DNA of 64,000 bases from a virus (lineage: Duplodnaviria > Caudoviricetes), in IMG/VR virus record IMGVR_UViG_3300028886_000037, positions 32,001-96,000 of that record. The stretch is one strand, 5' to 3'. The translations under genes and the position numbers were made by a program. Position 1 is the stretch's first letter. Each line of letters begins with the position of its first letter. This document shows, piece after piece, positions 10,010-19,246 of the stretch. The notes under the pieces are model-generated. The model searched no databases and was not told the origin of the DNA. It was given only the letters and a program-made list of their open reading frames with translations.

Positions 10010-10183
10010 ATGGATGAGAAAGAATTCATGCAGAAGCAGATTCACGAGATCGAGCTCGCTAAGTACTACGAGGGAATCCGCATCGGAAGAGATCCGGGTG
10101 ATGAGTTTGTCCGTAAGTGGATAAAGGATAATGCGGAAGCTTATAGAGAAGCTAACAATCCGTCAGGAACTAACCAAACATAG
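10010..10183 (+). CDS. Small hypothetical protein (57 aa), below the ORF-track cutoff
   Basis: SD GGAGG then ATG at 10010; MDEKEFMQKQIHEIELAKYYEGIRIGRDPGDEFVRKWIKDNAEAYREANNPSGTNQT; TAG at 10181-10183. Confidence 0.6.
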   Translation: MDEKEFMQKQIHEIELAKYYEGIRIGRDPGDEFVRKWIKDNAEAYREANNPSGTNQT

Positions 10184-11243
10184 GTCTCTCGCTGTATAGT
10201 CTGAGACGGTTTTGATTCATTCTCTGGTCGATAGCGCAGTTGATAGTAACTTTCATCTTCTCGCCGAGCGCATTCTGATCAAGCTGCCAGCTCCAGTCCT
10301 TGATTGCGACGATCAGGTAAGTGTCGAGAATGCCAGCGCGTAGAATGTCGAGTCTGTGAAGCGACTGATTGAACTTCTCTTTGCCGTAAGTGATTCTCTG
10401 CTTGTCGCTCCATCTTCTGACGAGCAGCTGATCTGCGAAGTCTGTAATAAATTCACCAGTCTTTTTGATGGGGTCCCAGAGATTTTCAAAGAATCCTTTA
10501 TCTTGTGTAGTAGTCTGGTCCGAGTCTTCGTCCATAAGATATCCTGCACCAGGAACATTCTTACGAATAGCATCTTTAGCTGCCTTCTCTGCTCTGTCTT
10601 GGATTTTAGCTTTGAATGAATCTAATGCGGAATCCATAATCGGACCTATCGTAGATAAACCGGCGTCTGCGCTTTTCATCATGCTTGATATTAGCTGACT
10701 CATATTTGAAGAAGTTGCTACAGTTGCATAATTTTTCAAATACGAGATGATAGATGCATAATTTGATGGGCAGCATACTGGGTCGAATATCCTAGAAGGC
10801 TCTCTCCATGCTGTAAACTCCAATTTGAAACCGTCCGGTTGAAAGGCCTTATCCATCGGATATCTGACTGAGTAGTTTCCAGCCAACTGGATATTCATAT
10901 TTGTTCCAGTAGCAGATCCGAGTGCTCCAGCTACTCCACCACGACCCGTATAGTCTCTCATCTTGTCCATCAATGCTGTTACTGGTCCAGCTTTCAAGGT
11001 AGTCTTGAAACTAATCTTTGGAATTTCGTTCAATACTCCACAGATAGCAGACGCTTTTCCGCCTTCGTTGGTAGAGAGAACAAACCAGTTGTTGCCATAG
11101 AAGTTCTCGCTGAATCCGTTGAACATTGTCTTGATGTCTTTGCCGAAGTCGATCTTGATGGCTTCGGCAGTGTTTCTCTGCTTACGGAGTTCCTCTTCTG
11201 CGGCTTCTCTCTGAGCTTCTAGTCCTTCTATTCCGTCTGCCAT
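10170..11243 (-). CDS. Hypothetical tail/baseplate-region protein (possibly gp48/gp54-like tube-cap fold)
   Basis: In an operon downstream of gp15; alternating beta-strand pattern typical of tube-fold proteins; the assignment rests on position. Confidence 0.35.
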   Translation of the reverse strand: MADGIEGLEAQREAAEEELRKQRNTAEAIKIDFGKDIKTMFNGFSENFYGNNWFVLSTNEGGKASAICGVLNEIPKISFKTTLKAGPVTALMDKMRDYTGRGGVAGALGSATGTNMNIQLAGNYSVRYPMDKAFQPDGFKLEFTAWREPSRIFDPVCCPSNYASIISYLKNYATVATSSNMSQLISSMMKSADAGLSTIGPIMDSALDSFKAKIQDRAEKAAKDAIRKNVPGAGYLMDEDSDQTTTQDKGFFENLWDPIKKTGEFITDFADQLLVRRWSDKQRITYGKEKFNQSLHRLDILRAGILDTYLIVAIKDWSWQLDQNALGEKMKVTINCAIDQRMNQNRLRLYSERPMFG

Positions 11244-11246
11244 ACG

Positions 11247-12254
11247 CTACCTGCACATGCTGATGAATTGTTCTTGAGTTACTCGTGTTGCGCTAGACAC
11301 AGTCAAGTTTATCTTACACCATTCTGGAGCTACACCCTGTCTCTTACCCTTGGAGTTTATCAACTGGACTATGTGAGGCGAGAATTCGAACTCGATGTCC
11401 TCGATGTAGAAGTCTAGAGGAGAACCTTCACTGCTATCGAGAACTATATTTCCTCTAGCGTCGAATAATCGAAACGTGAATGTATATCCGACTCGTTTAT
11501 TAGTAAAAGCAAATGCTGATATGATTTCACCTGCTCCTTTAACAGTTCTGAGCATTCCTTCTTTGAAGGTAGAGTCGCCGAAAGTTGCACCCCATAGACC
11601 ACCTCCTACGTCAGATGCTCCTTCGATTAGATACTTTCCACTCTCTCCTTTTTCTCCATTTAGGTTATCTTTCGTTGCCTCAAGATTTTTACCAATCAGA
11701 TCGATTTTGAAGTCTTCTGGCATAACAGCTGTTCTAGAGAACTTTATCCATTCCCACATATTAGAGACTTTCTTCGACTTCATGTTCAAAGCTTCACTTA
11801 GAGTGTCGCCGTAACGTAGTCCCTCGACGTGTAGTCCCTTCTTCAATACAGGGTAAGTCAGAAGGCTGAACTTAAATGATATGTAAGATGCCTTTTCGTC
11901 AAGCTGAGCAGCTAACTGAGTCCAACTATCAGTAAGGATCGGTGGCGTATATTCTGATCCACCCATAGTCTGAATGAATTTCGGAAAAGCTGCGATCAAG
12001 TTTTTAGCCCAGCCTGGGGTGCTTTTTGGGATAGCACCAGATATGTCACCACCGCCAAAAGCTGATACTGCTTTTCCTATGAAGCCAGTGTTATTGTTTT
12101 CCCAATCGCCCCAGTCAGTTCCATAGTTTAAGGCTGGAAAATCGGTGATATATGACGACATCTCTCCACAATTCTCTACAGCGTCCTTACTGTAGGGAGA
12201 TAGAATTATCGAGCCAGTTCTAGCTTGTCCGCCGTATATTTGAATCTTAGCCAT
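11247..12254 (-). CDS. Hypothetical tail/baseplate-region protein (possibly gp48-like)
   Basis: C-terminus FYIEDIEFEFSP...PEWCKINLTV resembles baseplate tail-tube-cap proteins; position in the tail module. Confidence 0.35.
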   Translation of the reverse strand: MAKIQIYGGQARTGSIILSPYSKDAVENCGEMSSYITDFPALNYGTDWGDWENNNTGFIGKAVSAFGGGDISGAIPKSTPGWAKNLIAAFPKFIQTMGGSEYTPPILTDSWTQLAAQLDEKASYISFKFSLLTYPVLKKGLHVEGLRYGDTLSEALNMKSKKVSNMWEWIKFSRTAVMPEDFKIDLIGKNLEATKDNLNGEKGESGKYLIEGASDVGGGLWGATFGDSTFKEGMLRTVKGAGEIISAFAFTNKRVGYTFTFRLFDARGNIVLDSSEGSPLDFYIEDIEFEFSPHIVQLINSKGKRQGVAPEWCKINLTVSSATRVTQEQFISMCR

Positions 12255-12255
12255 A

Positions 12256-13674
12256 TTAGTTCATGTCCACTGGAGTCGGAACTTCTGTGCTTCCGCCTCT
12301 CTCTTCTTTGTTGTTCTCTATGTAAGCGTTGTAAAGGCCAGAGATGTCGAAGTGAATGTTCGAAAGAAGTCCACTTATGACTCTAGTCTCGCTGAGTATC
12401 ATTCTAACTGAGTCGTCGCTCATCTCTGTGTTCAAGCTGTCTGTTATTCTCGTGATCCGATCTTCGGATTCTCTCGGAACCTCTCTCAGGGAGGCGACAG
12501 CTTCCGTAAGCTTTCTGAGATTTCCGTCGAGCATTCTCTGTAGAGAAACCTGACCATCAACCAGAGGTCTGACTGCGTTAGCGAACACATCTACTGTGTC
12601 TGCCGTCTTGTTCGACTCTGGAGTCGGCACATCTACGAGCTTCACTTGGACTGGAGACGTCAGAACGTTAAGGATTCTCTCCTGATACGTGTAGTCGTAG
12701 ATCGGAAGATGTGCGATAGCGTTCTCGTACTGGACTCTCTGTAGTTGATCTTCTCCAAGTTCTTTCTTCACCGTATCTGCTATAGCCGTAGTCCGGAAAG
12801 CTGTGAATTCTAGAATAGATCTCTGGATAGCCGAAGTGTGTAGGTTGATCTCTGAGAGACGTTCATTAACTCCGTTTCCGAAACCAGTGAGCCAGTTCAC
12901 ATCGAGAGTCTCCTGCGCTACTAGCTCACCTCTGTTTTGTTCACGATCGATCTGTTCAAAATTTCTATCAGACAGATTTCTGAACGTATCTACAGACATC
13001 GAGACATTATTCGATATGAGATCTGTAGAATCGGCAATTCTGCTAAGTGTGAAGTTCAGATTACTGTCTAAAGAGACAAGCTTTTCGATTATAGGCGTAG
13101 CTATACTCGTTCCAAGCGCTGAACCGATAGCTTCTAGATTCGATAAGTTGCTTAATAGCAACGATGTAGAGTCGAGAAGTGGAGATATTTTCTGAGCTAT
13201 CTCAGAGAATTCGGCTGAATTGCCAGCATTATTAGCTTCTACATATAAACCTGATTTGTCGATCAGATCACTATCATTAGCTACTCGTTGTTCTTTAACG
13301 AGTGTCTTGATGTCAGCGATCTGAGCTACTGTCTCTTTCTTGGCGTCATTCTCTTCGACAGCAGCCTTGACGATGTCCGTAGTGACTTCAGCGCCCCTGG
13401 GTGCCGTAGCCATGATGGCGCGTTCGACTCTCGTTCCGATTCTCACGACTGAAGCGTCGAGAAGATTCAGACTGTCGTTCACCTGCGAGAGGTAAGTCTG
13501 GATACCCAAGAAGTCCTGAGTAGCTGTGCTCTGGATGAATCTGTCTCGGTCGTCTTGTGCGTTGGCCTCGAGCTGCTTGAAGATGTCGTCAAGTTTGTAG
13601 AACAGCACATCCGTTGCGTTGTCCATTTTGAATTCCAGATCACGGAATAGATCTTTCTGACTCTCTTCAGGCAT
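12256..13674 (-). CDS. Alpha-helical protein, possible tape-measure/baseplate-hub (gp29-like) component
   Basis: Leu/Ser/Asp-rich heptad-like 472 aa; late promoter AATAAATA near 13697-13704; position after gp15. Confidence 0.3.
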   Translation of the reverse strand: MPEESQKDLFRDLEFKMDNATDVLFYKLDDIFKQLEANAQDDRDRFIQSTATQDFLGIQTYLSQVNDSLNLLDASVVRIGTRVERAIMATAPRGAEVTTDIVKAAVEENDAKKETVAQIADIKTLVKEQRVANDSDLIDKSGLYVEANNAGNSAEFSEIAQKISPLLDSTSLLLSNLSNLEAIGSALGTSIATPIIEKLVSLDSNLNFTLSRIADSTDLISNNVSMSVDTFRNLSDRNFEQIDREQNRGELVAQETLDVNWLTGFGNGVNERLSEINLHTSAIQRSILEFTAFRTTAIADTVKKELGEDQLQRVQYENAIAHLPIYDYTYQERILNVLTSPVQVKLVDVPTPESNKTADTVDVFANAVRPLVDGQVSLQRMLDGNLRKLTEAVASLREVPRESEDRITRITDSLNTEMSDDSVRMILSETRVISGLLSNIHFDISGLYNAYIENNKEERGGSTEVPTPVDMN

Positions 13675-13699
13675 AATTCACTCGATTCCTTTAGCTTAT

Positions 13700-14986
13700 T
13701 TATTCCTTGATCTCGACGTCGTGCTTGCTGATCCACATAGTGTCAACTCGTTCGTTGCTGCTATTGAGGAAGTCTTTGCGGCCAGACAGAGTGATGTCCT
13801 CTTCGGTTACGTTAGCTAGATCGAAGCGATCCTTCATGCTGCCCTGCCAAGAACGATTATCTGGATTGTAAGTGCCTGGCTCTTCTGCGTAGTTGCCAGA
13901 GATTCCAACCATTGTCGTATACTTGTCAGCGAACTCGGACGTGCAAGCGGAGTTGAACTCCCAGAATGCGTCGTCCTTGTCTCCGCTAGTTCTGTTGCCG
14001 AAGATGTCGAATCTCTTAGTCGGCTTCCAGTACTTGAACGCGTCATAAGCCCCTTCGACTGGAGCGTAGATTCCAACTCCATCCTCTTGGCTGTCTCCGA
14101 CCCTCTCGATGAGACCATTCTCTTTGAGCCAGTTGTCTGCGCTGTCTGCGATGTAGAACTTCTTCTCACCTCCTGGTACTGCAGATAGAGTGAAGTGGAC
14201 ATCCTCTGTCTCGTATCTCGCGATTGATGGATTCAACTTGACGATGATCTTGTCGATGATAGCGCCCTCTTGTATCTTCGTGTAGACCTGACCCTCGATC
14301 GTGAACGTGAATTTCGCTTCGAGCTCACGCTTGTCCTGTTCTCCGAACTCATCCTGGTAGTCGAGAGACATGTTGTCCAACTTCATCTTGATGTCACGAC
14401 GGATGTTCATGAACCAGAACTCTTTGATGAATATGAAAGCTTCAGGATTGAAACGTGAAGTGATCTGTTCGATGATCTGTAGAAGATCTCCGAACTTCTC
14501 TGCTTTAGCAGACAGTTCGAAAGTGAGATTGTAAGGGACTGGCTGCGTGTCTTGCCATAGAAGCTGGCACTCGCCCTCTTCGATTCCTTTGCTCATCATG
14601 TAGTCATCGTAGAACATACGGATCGCGTCTGATGAAGCAGCTCTCGTGTTGTCATACTGGAAGTGAGAGATCTTGTAGTACATGTTAGGAAGCGGAATGT
14701 AGTAAGTCTCTCCGCTCTCTTGCTCTTTTCTGAAGTCGTGAGCTTTCGATCTCGGACCGAACTTCAACGGAACTTGAATTCTCTTTCTCGGATAGCCGTT
14801 CTCGTCATATCGGATCACGTAGAGATCGTTAAAGAAGTTAGTGAACGCGACCATGATAGCTCGGACAGTGTCTGCGAAATAGTAGCCGACCGGATATCCG
14901 AGATCTCCTCTGTCGTCGAGTGTCGCTTTCCAGAAACCATGCTTCGAAGGATCGTAGCCTTCTGTCTTCCAATTGCTTTCAGCCAT
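13700..14986 (-). CDS. gp15: Tail sheath stabiliser/tail terminator gp15-like
   Basis: AFTNFFNDLYVIRYD, IQVPLKFGPRSK, LPNMYY..YD..R, PVPYNLTFEL, QIIEQI motifs; ATG at 14986 with SD GGAG. Confidence 0.85.
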   Translation of the reverse strand: MAESNWKTEGYDPSKHGFWKATLDDRGDLGYPVGYYFADTVRAIMVAFTNFFNDLYVIRYDENGYPRKRIQVPLKFGPRSKAHDFRKEQESGETYYIPLPNMYYKISHFQYDNTRAASSDAIRMFYDDYMMSKGIEEGECQLLWQDTQPVPYNLTFELSAKAEKFGDLLQIIEQITSRFNPEAFIFIKEFWFMNIRRDIKMKLDNMSLDYQDEFGEQDKRELEAKFTFTIEGQVYTKIQEGAIIDKIIVKLNPSIARYETEDVHFTLSAVPGGEKKFYIADSADNWLKENGLIERVGDSQEDGVGIYAPVEGAYDAFKYWKPTKRFDIFGNRTSGDKDDAFWEFNSACTSEFADKYTTMVGISGNYAEEPGTYNPDNRSWQGSMKDRFDLANVTEEDITLSGRKDFLNSSNERVDTMWISKHDVEIKE

Positions 14987-15023
14987 AAAAAACTCCAAGT
15001 ATATATTATATACAGGTGAAACT

Positions 15024-15887
15024 ATGTCTGAGCCTAACTACTTCAAGATACCGTACAAACAGCTTCCGAGCCTTGGACAACTATATCCGAAAGACTCTTC
15101 GATACGATTCAGGATTCTACAAGTTCGTGACCTGAAGTATCTCGGTGCGCTTGACAGAGACAATTCGAGCGAGATCGTCAACGACGTCATCAAGCGTTGT
15201 CTGAAAGTCGAAGGAATGAACATCGAAGACATCTACCGCATGGATCGTCTCTCGATTCTGTTCTACCTTCGCAGAAACACTTTCATGCTGTCGAACGGAT
15301 ATCAGACAGAGTTCGTCTGTCCATACTGCGGAACACGAGTCAGCAAAGAGTTTCAAGTTCACGAGCTCGCGAAGAAGACTATTCAGCAATCACTGTTAAG
15401 AAAAATTTACATTGATGGCAAACAGGTCAAGGGCGTCTACAAGAAGATCTTCGATCCAGAGTACAAGACTGATGATCCGGAGCTTGACTTAATTCTGAAC
15501 TGGACTAACGTGGACGAAGTCTATGATCACGTCAACCAGAGAGAGCTGGAAAACACGATCCTAGAACTTCCAGCAGACCAGTACGCGAAGCTGAGACACT
15601 TGGCTACCGATACGAGATGCGGAATTCTCAGCTACACAGAGCTTCAGTGCGACAACTGCTTCAACAAGATGAGAGTCGGAGTCGATCTGTCGGACGACAA
15701 GCTGTTCAACAAGGTCAAGATGACTACGATGATCCGCAACCAGATTCAAGTCAGCAAGTTCTGTGGAATAAATCTGACAGACGATATGCCCTACAACGAA
15801 GTCGAGCTGACGATCGCGATAGTGAACGATCTGTCTAAGAAAGAAGCAGAAGCCGTGAGCAAGACTAAAGGAGTCGCAAAACAATGA
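15024..15887 (+). CDS. Baseplate hub assembly protein gp26-like
   Basis: LPSLGQLY N-terminal motif, CPYC and CDNC Cys pairs; directly upstream of the gp5-like gene; start at 15024 with SD AGGTG. Confidence 0.65.
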   Translation: MSEPNYFKIPYKQLPSLGQLYPKDSSIRFRILQVRDLKYLGALDRDNSSEIVNDVIKRCLKVEGMNIEDIYRMDRLSILFYLRRNTFMLSNGYQTEFVCPYCGTRVSKEFQVHELAKKTIQQSLLRKIYIDGKQVKGVYKKIFDPEYKTDDPELDLILNWTNVDEVYDHVNQRELENTILELPADQYAKLRHLATDTRCGILSYTELQCDNCFNKMRVGVDLSDDKLFNKVKMTTMIRNQIQVSKFCGINLTDDMPYNEVELTIAIVNDLSKKEAEAVSKTKGVAKQ

Positions 15888-16696
15888 GTGAAAGAGATCT
15901 AAGCAAAATATACGGCAACATTCCCGCAGATTCGCTAAACGGGCATTCTACGGCCGATTTGTCAGACCCTAAGGTAACTAACCGGTGGACTGGTAAAGTC
16001 ATCGCAAACAACGATTCTATGCGCATGGGCAGGGTGAAGGTAAAGATCTTCGGCTTCTATGACGATGTAGATGACGCTGTGATTCCTTGGGCTCTTCCAG
16101 AGAACGGCTATCTTGGCGCTTCGACTTCTAACTTGGTCGTTCCTCCAGTCGATACGATAGTTCGTGGATATTTCGAGAACGGAGATCCGTACAAGCCAGT
16201 CTATGACGGAATGATCACGGTAGAGAATCCTTTGGCTGCAGCAGCCGAAGCATTCATTGGAATGAGAGCGCCAGGCGACAGCATTCTGGACGACGCTGCT
16301 AGCTCGCTCGACTATCCAGACGTGATGGTCCTGATGAAGACTGATGACGGCGAAGGAGTGACTCTAAATCGCAAGAACGGCCAGATGAAGATAAGTCATC
16401 GATCTGGCCTGAAGATTCAGATTGATCCGAACGGAAGCATTCTCGTAGAGCAGAGCATGTCGAAGAAGATCGTGAATCCGAACGCTGCGACGATGGATGT
16501 GAAGATAGAGGGTAAGTTCACTCTCGAAGCAAATGACGACATCGTGATCAACGCAAAGAAGAACGTCTACATAGATGCAGTCAAGGGCGACGTGAATCTT
16601 GGAAGAAACAGTCTAAAGACACTAGTGTGCGCTCATCCGACTTGCTTCGTCACCGATGCTCCGACGAACGGCGGAAACACTAACGTCAAAGCTTAG
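15884..16696 (+). CDS. gp5: Baseplate central spike gp5-like (OB-fold plus short beta-helix, no lysozyme domain)
   Basis: GKVIANND.MRMGRVKVKIFG, IPWALP, VPP..T.VRGYFENGD (Gp5 OB fold); C-terminal AHPTC possible metal site. Confidence 0.8.
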   Translation: MSERDLSKIYGNIPADSLNGHSTADLSDPKVTNRWTGKVIANNDSMRMGRVKVKIFGFYDDVDDAVIPWALPENGYLGASTSNLVVPPVDTIVRGYFENGDPYKPVYDGMITVENPLAAAAEAFIGMRAPGDSILDDAASSLDYPDVMVLMKTDDGEGVTLNRKNGQMKISHRSGLKIQIDPNGSILVEQSMSKKIVNPNAATMDVKIEGKFTLEANDDIVINAKKNVYIDAVKGDVNLGRNSLKTLVCAHPTCFVTDAPTNGGNTNVKA

Positions 16697-16935
16697 TAGC
16701 TAGTATTCAAGTTCTTGGCGAGATTTTCTAGAAAATCCTTGAGACAGTCACGGCAGATGTGCTCTGCTGAGTCTTTTCCGGAGTACTTAGACAGAGTCAA
16801 GTTCATTCCGTATTGAACAGGTGTCCCATCAGTCAAATAGAGATTTCCTGCAAATTCGGTTTTGTGATCTCCGTGAATCTCTTTTCCGCAGAAGTCACAG
16901 TGGATCTCTTCTTGGATCGTTAGTATCTTACTCAT
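16693..16935 (-). CDS. Small Zn-finger hypothetical protein
   Basis: CDFC...HICRDC; last gene of the early operon. Confidence 0.5.
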   Translation of the reverse strand: MSKILTIQEEIHCDFCGKEIHGDHKTEFAGNLYLTDGTPVQYGMNLTLSKYSGKDSAEHICRDCLKDFLENLAKNLNTSY

Positions 16936-17260
16936 ACCATCTCCTTATCTTTTCATCTAGTATAACGTCATGATATGTAATGATCTTGTCGAGATATTTC
17001 AAAAAGAAGTTCGAGATCAGCACAACTTCATCAATGTCCCAGCCCATAGCGCTTATGAAGTTGCCTTTATCGTCTTCATACTTGTAGGAATATGGTGCGC
17101 CACGAAAGTCGTGATCTTGATCATCTCCCTCTTCTGGGTACGTGATCGGAGTCAGATCAAGTGACGGAACATTCAATATCGCTTGAAATTCGACATTGCG
17201 GTTAGAGCCGCTGATCAAGCCATGTTCGTCGATTGAGTGTACATTCATTATCCTTCTCAT
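16928..17260 (-). CDS. Hypothetical protein
   Basis: ORF overlapping its neighbours in the early operon. Confidence 0.45.
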   Translation of the reverse strand: MRRIMNVHSIDEHGLISGSNRNVEFQAILNVPSLDLTPITYPEEGDDQDHDFRGAPYSYKYEDDKGNFISAMGWDIDEVVLISNFFLKYLDKIITYHDVILDEKIRRWYE

Positions 17261-17814
17261 TGAAGCTTTGCGTGAACGAAGCCGAGCTCGATAGCCTTTC
17301 CGACCGTGAGCTTGTCGCCCTCTTTGAGTCCTAGCTCATTGCTTCCATCAGAAGACAGATGACTAGGAGGCAGCGGATCTCCTGGATGGAAAGTGAACAT
17401 GCAAGCGCCATATCCGCCATCTCCGATGATGATTACTGTGTAGTCTACGAACCATCGCATTGCAGACGACGCGAAAGGATCGGTGAGAACGAGAGACAGA
17501 GTTCCGGTTCCCTTCACGTCCATCATCGTGCAAATGAGATTGTGATTAAGTTCCTTTAGAGGAATCATTCCGAGCCACCCACGAATAGCATCAGTCTTGA
17601 AGGCGCGACAACCAGGCGCTACTGCGGGATGGTCATACTTGTACCACGAGACGTGCATCAGCGCACGTTCTAGATCTTCAGCGTGGACATAGTCAGTTAC
17701 GCTGCCTTTCCCGTTGCAAAGACGCTGCTCGATGCACTTGCGGAAATACTCTGGATCGTGTTCTTTTGTTCGCTGGATCGCGTGCCACACGTACTGATTG
17801 TAATCGTAGTCCAT
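17257..17814 (-). CDS. Hypothetical protein (185 aa)
   Basis: SD AGGAG; FTFHPGDP motif; operon context. Confidence 0.55.
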   Translation of the reverse strand: MDYDYNQYVWHAIQRTKEHDPEYFRKCIEQRLCNGKGSVTDYVHAEDLERALMHVSWYKYDHPAVAPGCRAFKTDAIRGWLGMIPLKELNHNLICTMMDVKGTGTLSLVLTDPFASSAMRWFVDYTVIIIGDGGYGACMFTFHPGDPLPPSHLSSDGSNELGLKEGDKLTVGKAIELGFVHAKLQ

Positions 17815-17825
17815 TCGAAGTCTCC

Positions 17826-18236
17826 TTAGAAGTTAGTGGAGATGATCTCTTTCCACTTCAACCAGTTCTTGATCGTGAAAGAGAGTGAAGTGATGTTAGC
17901 TGCGGTGTCTTCTAGCCAGCCCATGTAGTAGCGCTGTTCGATCAAAGCGCGATTGATCTTTGCGACGTCGTCGTCTAGCGCCGTCTGTTCTGTAGCTTCC
18001 TTAGCCGTGTAAGCGTATCCGCCGTCCTTGAGCTTGTTCTTCGCTTTCGCGACGGCCTCTTCGAGCTTGACTTCGAGATTAGCCACGATTGCGACTTGTT
18101 TGCGGTAAGCGTCGATATACTTCTGCTTCATGCCTGGAATCTGCATATTCTTTTCCAGAATGTCGTCTGGGTTCTCAGGCATCACTACATCTTCGAGCGC
18201 CATTTCCTGAAATTTCAAAAAGTCTTCTTTAAGCAT
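17826..18236 (-). CDS. uvsY: Recombination mediator UvsY-like
   Basis: 136-aa helical protein ending SFTIKNWLKWKE, like the UvsY C-terminal IKN.I.W motif; close to gp46/gp47. Confidence 0.75.
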   Translation of the reverse strand: MLKEDFLKFQEMALEDVVMPENPDDILEKNMQIPGMKQKYIDAYRKQVAIVANLEVKLEEAVAKAKNKLKDGGYAYTAKEATEQTALDDDVAKINRALIEQRYYMGWLEDTAANITSLSFTIKNWLKWKEIISTNF

Positions 18237-18453
18237 TCGGTTCCTCGATCTCGTTGACGGAAAGCATATAGCGTTTTCCGTTCATAGTGAACTTGACGTT
18301 CTGTTTCGTATCAAGCAGAAATTGTGCAGCTGCTCCTATCACTTCGTCAGTGACGGCAGACTTGCTCTTCCAACCGCCAGAATCCGACTTAATTCCAGCA
18401 TATATCGCGGCTAGACCGCATCCAACGTGATACTGTGGCATTTTCACCTCCAC
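18229..18453 (-). CDS. Small hypothetical protein
   Basis: YHVGCGLAAIYAG...KSAVTDE; coupled ORF in the early operon. Confidence 0.5.
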   Translation of the reverse strand: MEVKMPQYHVGCGLAAIYAGIKSDSGGWKSKSAVTDEVIGAAAQFLLDTKQNVKFTMNGKRYMLSVNEIEEPNA

Positions 18454-18761
18454 TTTTCCAAAACTTTGTCCAACTTGTTGTGAAGATCCGTAACTTTCTC
18501 CCAGTCAATAACGTCCTGGTCGTCAAGTCCGTGCACATCGTCTAGACGGCTATACATGTCGTCGATTGCGCTCAGCCACTGTCTCGTCATCTTGACTACG
18601 CAGCGGTGCAAACGATGGATCTCCATTCCGTCATCGACTGAACGGACATACTCGTCGGCCTTCATGTCTTCGATCTGCTTTTTGAGAGCTCTTACGTTAT
18701 CACGCTCCTTGTCGAGCATAGCCTCAAGCTCATCGCGTCCATAAGAATCGTAGCCTAGCAT
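18444..18761 (-). CDS. Small hypothetical coiled-coil protein
   Basis: Coupled ORF in the early operon. Confidence 0.45.
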   Translation of the reverse strand: MLGYDSYGRDELEAMLDKERDNVRALKKQIEDMKADEYVRSVDDGMEIHRLHRCVVKMTRQWLSAIDDMYSRLDDVHGLDDQDVIDWEKVTDLHNKLDKVLEKWR

Positions 18762-18970
18762 TGTTCTCTGTCCTCTTTGCGGTAAGTGTCGTAATGCACT
18801 TCAGTTTCTCTTTCATAGTGAAATTGACGGCCGCATACGTCACATTCATACTCAGAGCAGTCGCTCGACAGCTCGTTGCTGTTCTCGTGAATGTAGCCGC
18901 AATACGGGCACACCATCTCTTTGGTGTGCCAGCTAAAAAGTTTCTTTCTAGTATCTGCGAATCGGTCCAT
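18755..18970 (-). CDS. Small Zn-ribbon protein
   Basis: CPYC...CDVC. Confidence 0.55.
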   Translation of the reverse strand: MDRFADTRKKLFSWHTKEMVCPYCGYIHENSNELSSDCSEYECDVCGRQFHYERETEVHYDTYRKEDREQC

Positions 18971-18971
18971 A

Positions 18972-19130
18972 TTATTCGTCCAGCCAGTCGAAGAACTGCT
19001 CTCGGTCGGTTTTGATCGACTTTTCGATCAATTTGAGATTATTCTGAGCTGCAAAACGACGTCCATCCGCCATCAACTCGCCATATTTTTGGATTTTCTC
19101 AATAAGCAGCTTTTTGTCGCTATCCTTCAT
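18972..19130 (-). CDS. First gene of the early operon, 52-aa hypothetical
   Basis: Manual translation MKDSDKKLLIEKIQKYGELMADGRRFAAQNNLKLIEKSIKTDREQFFDWLDE; leader AAGGACC; directly behind an early promoter. Confidence 0.55.
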   Translation of the reverse strand: MKDSDKKLLIEKIQKYGELMADGRRFAAQNNLKLIEKSIKTDREQFFDWLDE

Positions 19131-19164
19131 AGTTGGGGTCCTTTTTTTTGAAGTTTACATATAC

Positions 19165-19194
19165 AATATAGGCATTTTCGTCAAATTTGTAAAC
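19165..19194 (-). promoter_or_regulatory. Early (sigma70/T4-early-type) promoter
   Basis: Minus strand GTTTAC-aaatttgacgaaaatgcc-TATATT; same spacing as four other copies. Confidence 0.75.
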
Positions 19195-19246
19195 CCTAAA
19201 GTGCATGAAATTTTAGTTTTGCGCAAAATTCTATAATTAAAGAGCA

